In this document: piece after piece, positions 59,053 to 64,000 of the stretch | Layout: every line of letters starts with the position of its first letter | Position numbering within the stretch: the first letter of the stretch is position 1 | Source: Lama guanicoe | Taxonomy: Eukaryota | NCBI GenBank assembly: GCA_013239625.1 | Contig: MU053810.1 | Location: 496,001 to 560,000, forward strand | DNA length: 64,000 nucleotides | Reading direction: 5' to 3' | Position numbers and translations under genes: made by a program | Notes under the pieces: generated by a model | What the model was told of the DNA's origin: nothing | What the model saw: the letters and a program-made list of their open reading frames with translations, nothing else | Database searches by the model: none

Positions 59053-62000
59053 GTAACTGGGCGCGGGCCATTCACGTGCAGGGTCTCTTAGCCGGAGAGG
59101 GAGGGAGGCACACCTGGAGCGTGCCGGCAGCGGCGCGCGTGTCCCCGGCTGCGGACCCGGCTCGCGCCCGCCGAGGCGCGGAAAGGAGGGCAGGTTCAGC
59201 GGCGAACCACGGACAGGGTTGAAGGGGTGGGCTACTCGGAGAAGAGAAAGCAGGAAACACCACAGTGAAATCTTAGCGTGAGTGCAGCGGTTGAGGCATC
59301 TGCAAAGGGGAGGGTGGCCCCTCTTGGTACGTGGGGGAGGGTTATGAGAGAGAGCTAAGGGTCCCCTCTGCACCATCCTGGGGAGTTCGACTTTGGACGT
59401 AGTAGAGGTGGTAAATTTGGGAGCATAGAGGAAACGAGAGGCATCTCCTTTGAGCGTAGAGTTTATTATTTATTCCAGCTTCGCAAAGTAGCAGCCTGTG
59501 AAAACACAGCCAGATTGCATCAGTATCCGTGCCATGCTGGGTTCATTAGGCTGTGGGAATTCTAGTCGAATTTGTCATGTCATTCTTTTTCCCTCTTCTT
59601 CTGTCTCCGATCACCTGTTTTCCCTGTTACTTCCGTAATGACGTATCAGATGGCCACCAGAAAGTGGTGGTATTAAGTATTAAGAAAGCTTAACTTTTAT
59701 TTATTTCTTTAAATGACTTAAGAGAAATGACTGGGTGCTGAGAAACGCCTTTTAAACCTAGCCTTGCTTCTTGGACAGTTATATGCCTCTGGCTTGTCCC
59801 TGGCACCTATGCCTACGGACTCACATTTTGTATAGCTCCTTAAAATTGCACAATCTTAACTGGCCTATCTTAAGTCGTTTTAAAATAGAAAGAGGTAAAT
59901 GTTAAAAATAAATAAATAAAATAGAGGTGAGAACCTCACCGATTACAGGCCTCTCTAGAAATATATTCGTTAGGATAATTACGGGACTCCACCCCCCCCT
60001 CCATATGCACTGTTTCCTGTTTTCCTTTGCTAAAAAAATGTTACTGAGTGGCTTAGTTGGGAGCATTGCTTTTAAACATACATCTTCTAAACAGAGGTAA
60101 ATAAGAGTACAATGTTGCAGAGTATGTTGGAGGAGAGGTGGCGCTAGTGGATCATCAGGACGTCTTGAGATTCAGGATTATGCAATGCCTTCTGTTTCCG
60201 AGGGGGAAAGAAACAGTATTCCATAATGCTGGGAGAACAGTGCCAGACTGCCCGGTCTAAAAGACACTTAATACCGGATGGAGTGGTCTCTCGAATATTT
60301 GTTTTGATTTGACCTAGAAATAAACAAGTAGCTGAGGGAAATGTTAGCACTGGTGGGGTTAATTTGGGTAAGGTTTTTTTCTGTTGAAGATAGGAATTGA
60401 TTGAAGTATAGGAGAAAGGAGAAACTCGGAAGGTAGCCACTCTGGGAGGAGTAATACATTAACATCCCAGGAAACATGCATGTAGAGGTTGAGCAGCTGC
60501 AAAGCTTTAGTTCTAAATTGCACTTTTTTGTAGAGAAGCAGCTAAATTTGTAAATTTAGAGACTCTACCGGGAAGGAATTTGATGCAGATGTCTTTTATT
60601 TAGCCTATATACTTGAGTAGTGTGTGACACTGTAGTAGTACTCACAGCTGATTTTAAGTAACTTGTCACACATCCAACCAGCATCAAGTAATACAGATGC
60701 TTCAGTATTTTGAATGGGTACAACTCAATTCACTTCCACTATTTTTTAGCCACTGTGTTAATCTTTTCTTCATTTGGCCATGAAGTGTTTATACTCATCA
60801 AGTTTCTTCAATGAAACCTTCACAACAGTGGAAAAATTGTTTTTTCTCGTGTCTGCCAAAAAAGTATCAGTAGCCAAGGGATTGGCAGGGGGCAGGGGTA
60901 ACTGAGCAATTTCAGAACACACAATGAAAAAACATTTCCTTCTCTGAATTCATAATATGATTAGTATTGTAGATTAGTATTTCCAACTCCCTGCTGGTTT
61001 TCTCCACTTGGATATTGTACCAACGTCTCAATTCAGTGTGTCCAGATTTGAAAGCTGTACCACCCCTTTCTCCCCATGTCCTTTGAGATCATCGCCTCCT
61101 TGGAATTGGCTTTGGAAACCCCACCCCCACAAACTGTTTTAGGAAAAGTAGTAAACTCTCACCTGCAAAGAGTTAAGTCTGTTTGCTCGCTGCTGCTCCA
61201 CCCTAGTCCCAGCCTAGGTTATCTCTTTCCTGGGCTATCAAAAGAGGTTCTTTACTGGTCTTGTTACTGTGTGGCTGTAACCAATTAACTTTCCCAATCA
61301 ATTCACTGTTGCTTAACCAGCACTAAGTGTAATGATTATAAATCACCAAGTAGTATAATTTCAGTAAAATGTTAGTTCCCTCCCTGCCTGTCCAAGCCCT
61401 TACACCTACCAGAAAAGAAAGAAGAAAACTTTCAGTGGCTCTCTGTCACTAACAAAGCACCTGCCAGAAGTATTCATTAGTGAGGAGAATTGTTGCTAGC
61501 AAAGGAAAGCTCAGGTAAAGTGAAACCCATTTAATGTGGACACCAGAATTTTACCACAGGTGGTATAAAAGAAGGACTGATTAAAATATTATCTTTAAAA
61601 AGACTAAAATTTTTGAAGTCTTACGATTATAACCAAGATTATTAAATGTAACTATACTAATTGATTCTTTGTTGTAAATCAGGCGGCTTTTCTGCATAGT
61701 TGTTTGGTTGTTCACCTGCCCTTCAGTTGTCCTGGAAGGAATGTAGACTGGCGTCATAGACGTGCCTGAGCAAGGGATGCTTGACTTCAGTACCACGAGC
61801 ATAGTTACTTTTTGCAAAAATTGATTTCCCACTTAATTTCTTTCAAGGTGCCTTGCTGATTTCTGTTTCCTATTAAACTCTTCCAACTGCCTGACCTTCA
61901 CTTGTCAATCAGAAGTTTTGCCTATGATTGGAGCTCCTGCTTCTTTTTTTTGGTTGAGGTGGTGTTTACTACAATACTCAACTGTTTGCCAGGAGAGACT

Positions 62001-64000
62001 AACCAGTGGATGATTTCTTTTTGTGATTTTTGCCTCTTGTTACAACCTCAGCAAAGTGCAGGGGTTCGGGTGTGGTAATGGTTGAATCATGAGGCGCCTG
62101 AGGGCAAACTCTGCAGCCTGGCTTTTGAGTGTCTCAGTTTAATTTCTTGAATCTGAACTCCCATGTAGCTCGAATCCAGCTGTTGATTCTAATACTGAAA
62201 TACCCAAGTTACTAGCAGAGACCTTAGTGCTAACCCGAAGAGGAACTCTCAAGGCAGCAAGAGTTTGTGGCCTGCCAGCTAGGGTTGTTGAGTGCTTTAT
62301 TTGCCTGCAGATCTTCCCGGGAAGGGTCAGGCATCCAGCTGAATCTGTGGAAACCCTTGGATATACGTTTGTAAATGTTAACATCGTCCATTACATATGG
62401 GGCTTGCTTTTGGTGTTTTGGAATGGGGTGGGGAGGAAAAGGTTGAGTGAGAGCCACAGGGCTTGCCAAACTGTCCCGTGATTTCTCAACCCTTCCCCCA
62501 GTTAACATCTCCGATTTGGTTCTTGTGATTCCTTCTCAGAAGGCTTTCTCTGCCTTCTTGGTCTCTAAATCCTATCTTAGTATCAAACTGCCTTTTAATA
62601 GTAGCTTTTTAAAAGCCTTTACTGTTTGCCCTGCCTCCTAAGTGGATGTCATCTGTCCCTCCCTTAAAGCAGCCTAGTGTTGCACACTGTCTGCATTTGC
62701 CCTTCTGGTTTTTTATTTACGTGTTCAACTACGTGGGCCCCCAGAGCTGGAATGACGCTCACTTGGCAGTTGGTTTATACTCGAACTTGTGAACTGCCCG
62801 TGCTAACACAGCGAGTTGAACACTGCTGCCTGCCACTGTGAGGAATTCTAGGAATCCTGTGACATTTCCCCTCCTCGGAGTTTTTTGTGCCCTGGAAAAA
62901 CCATACATCAGAGACCTTCAGTGTTCAAGCTGAATTAAGTTAAAATGGATTATGTGAATTAAAACAGAACACTCAAAAAAAAAAAAAAACCAACCAGAAC
63001 ACTCAACATTATGTACACAGGAGTTTTTTTTGTTTTTGTTTTTACATATAATGTACACCTATTAGCAGCAAAATGTAGATGACCTTAAGTTCTAGCTAAT
63101 GAAGTGGATAAAACTCATAGTAAACTTTACTTTTAAATCTCAAAATAGTGTGAAGTCAGCAGAGGCCAGCTCTGTCTGGGTAGGAATAGAGCAGGGGGCA
63201 CGGAGACCCTGGTTTCCGCAGTGCTGTCCTTGGAGTGACAGCCCCCTTGGCACCTTTTTGCTTCTTTTTCTGAAATGGTGCTAAAAAGAATCATCCTTTT
63301 CTGTTTCAGCAGTATTTTCGAGGTGCCTTCATAATCCTGAACATTTTGGGGATTACCTAGTAAACAGTATACTTCTGAAATCCCTCTTTCATCCCATTTT
63401 TGTCTCTTATACTGTGGATATGTCACTACAGAATACTCTTTCCCCCTTGGGGCTGACTGCTTTCCAGGTGATTACCCTAGAGAAGCTGGCTCTGTTGGCC
63501 ACTTCTTTTTTTTCTTCTATCTTTCTTTCGTAATTTATATCTGGAGCCCGTTTTCTGTTTTTCTAGATCTCTAACATTTTAGCTTAAACATTTAAAAGTA
63601 CAGTGTGTTTGAAACAACTCCTTATAGTTTAACATTTGCTGACCGAGGATGGATTTTTGATTCCTGGGACTGTTTTGTGCTTGAATTGAGCAACCTTGGT
63701 TCGATGAAGAGCAGTCGATGAGGAATCATCCTTCAGAAAAGTGCTTCTTCGCCCTTTTGGCTGTCAACAGTCCCTTTGGAAATCTGAGGACAGCTGTAAA
63801 GATAAAAACATAAGGGAATCTTGCAGATAATCTCAGTGCCTTAAAGCTACATGTAAATCTGAAGGAACCAGATGCCCCTTTGCTCCTAAAGATACTCACA
63901 TGGGCTTAGGAGGAGGACCTCTTTGCTCCTCTAAATTAGCTGTTACAGAGCACTTTGTCTACTGGGAATCCAGATTTAAAACTTTCACATAGGGAAAATT

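Larger units (their letters stand above)
58040..59230. promoter_or_regulatory. CpG island / bidirectional promoter of CDC123 and the plus-strand partner
   Basis: Dense CpG; CCGGAAGTG (GABP/ETS) at 58602-58610, 58637-58645 (reverse) and 58777-58785, CCGGAAG at 58844-58850; E2F-like TTCCCGCC at 58821-58828; no obvious TATA box. Confidence 0.9.

Noticed and set aside
60128..60147. CTCF site (aggtggcgctag)
   Set aside because: Only the right half of the motif matches; the upstream CC core is absent
151..63426. Most ORFs in the supplied six-frame track, e.g. 2780..3430 (216 aa), 11494..11997, 50396..50848, 58885..59376
   Set aside because: No recognisable domains; they lie in GC-rich or repeat-derived DNA, and many begin at non-ATG codons. 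Real coding sequence here is spliced; only fragments of CDC123 exons and L1 ORF2 appear inside track ORFs.
59053..64000. NUDT5 coding exons
   Set aside because: I could not find a NUDT5-like N-terminus or Nudix box; the coding exons probably lie beyond the window
1..64000. A novel multi-gene biological system
   Set aside because: The window is explained by one conserved housekeeping gene, a shared promoter and ordinary mammalian repeats; I recognised no unexplained long ORF, RNA gene or array

Overview
Mammalian genomic DNA, most likely a camelid (alpaca/llama/camel), judged from the tRNA-Ala-like Vic-1-type SINEs; the species call is inference. The window holds the complete 13-exon CDC123 gene on the minus strand (ATG 58526 to TGA 15578). 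All 12 introns are GT-AG and the exons sum to 1011 nt = 336 aa + stop. Its CpG-island promoter (~58.0-59.2 kb) has several GABP/ETS sites and looks bidirectional; by known mammalian synteny the plus-strand partner is NUDT5, of which only a probable non-coding first exon is in view. Positions 1-15.3 kb are downstream intergenic DNA (towards CAMK1D in other mammals). The rest is intron or intergenic DNA rich in L1, SINE, MIR, L2, LTR and DNA-transposon remnants; repeat family names come from recalled consensus sequences, not a search, and repeat boundaries are approximate unless a TSD is given. I found no convincing new multi-gene system. The best leads are short patches where old repeats and synonymous codon positions look shifted A/T->G/C (possible GC-biased gene-conversion footprints), a candidate poison exon in CDC123 intron 1, and a MER41-like LTR with STAT motifs converging on the CDC123 3' end.
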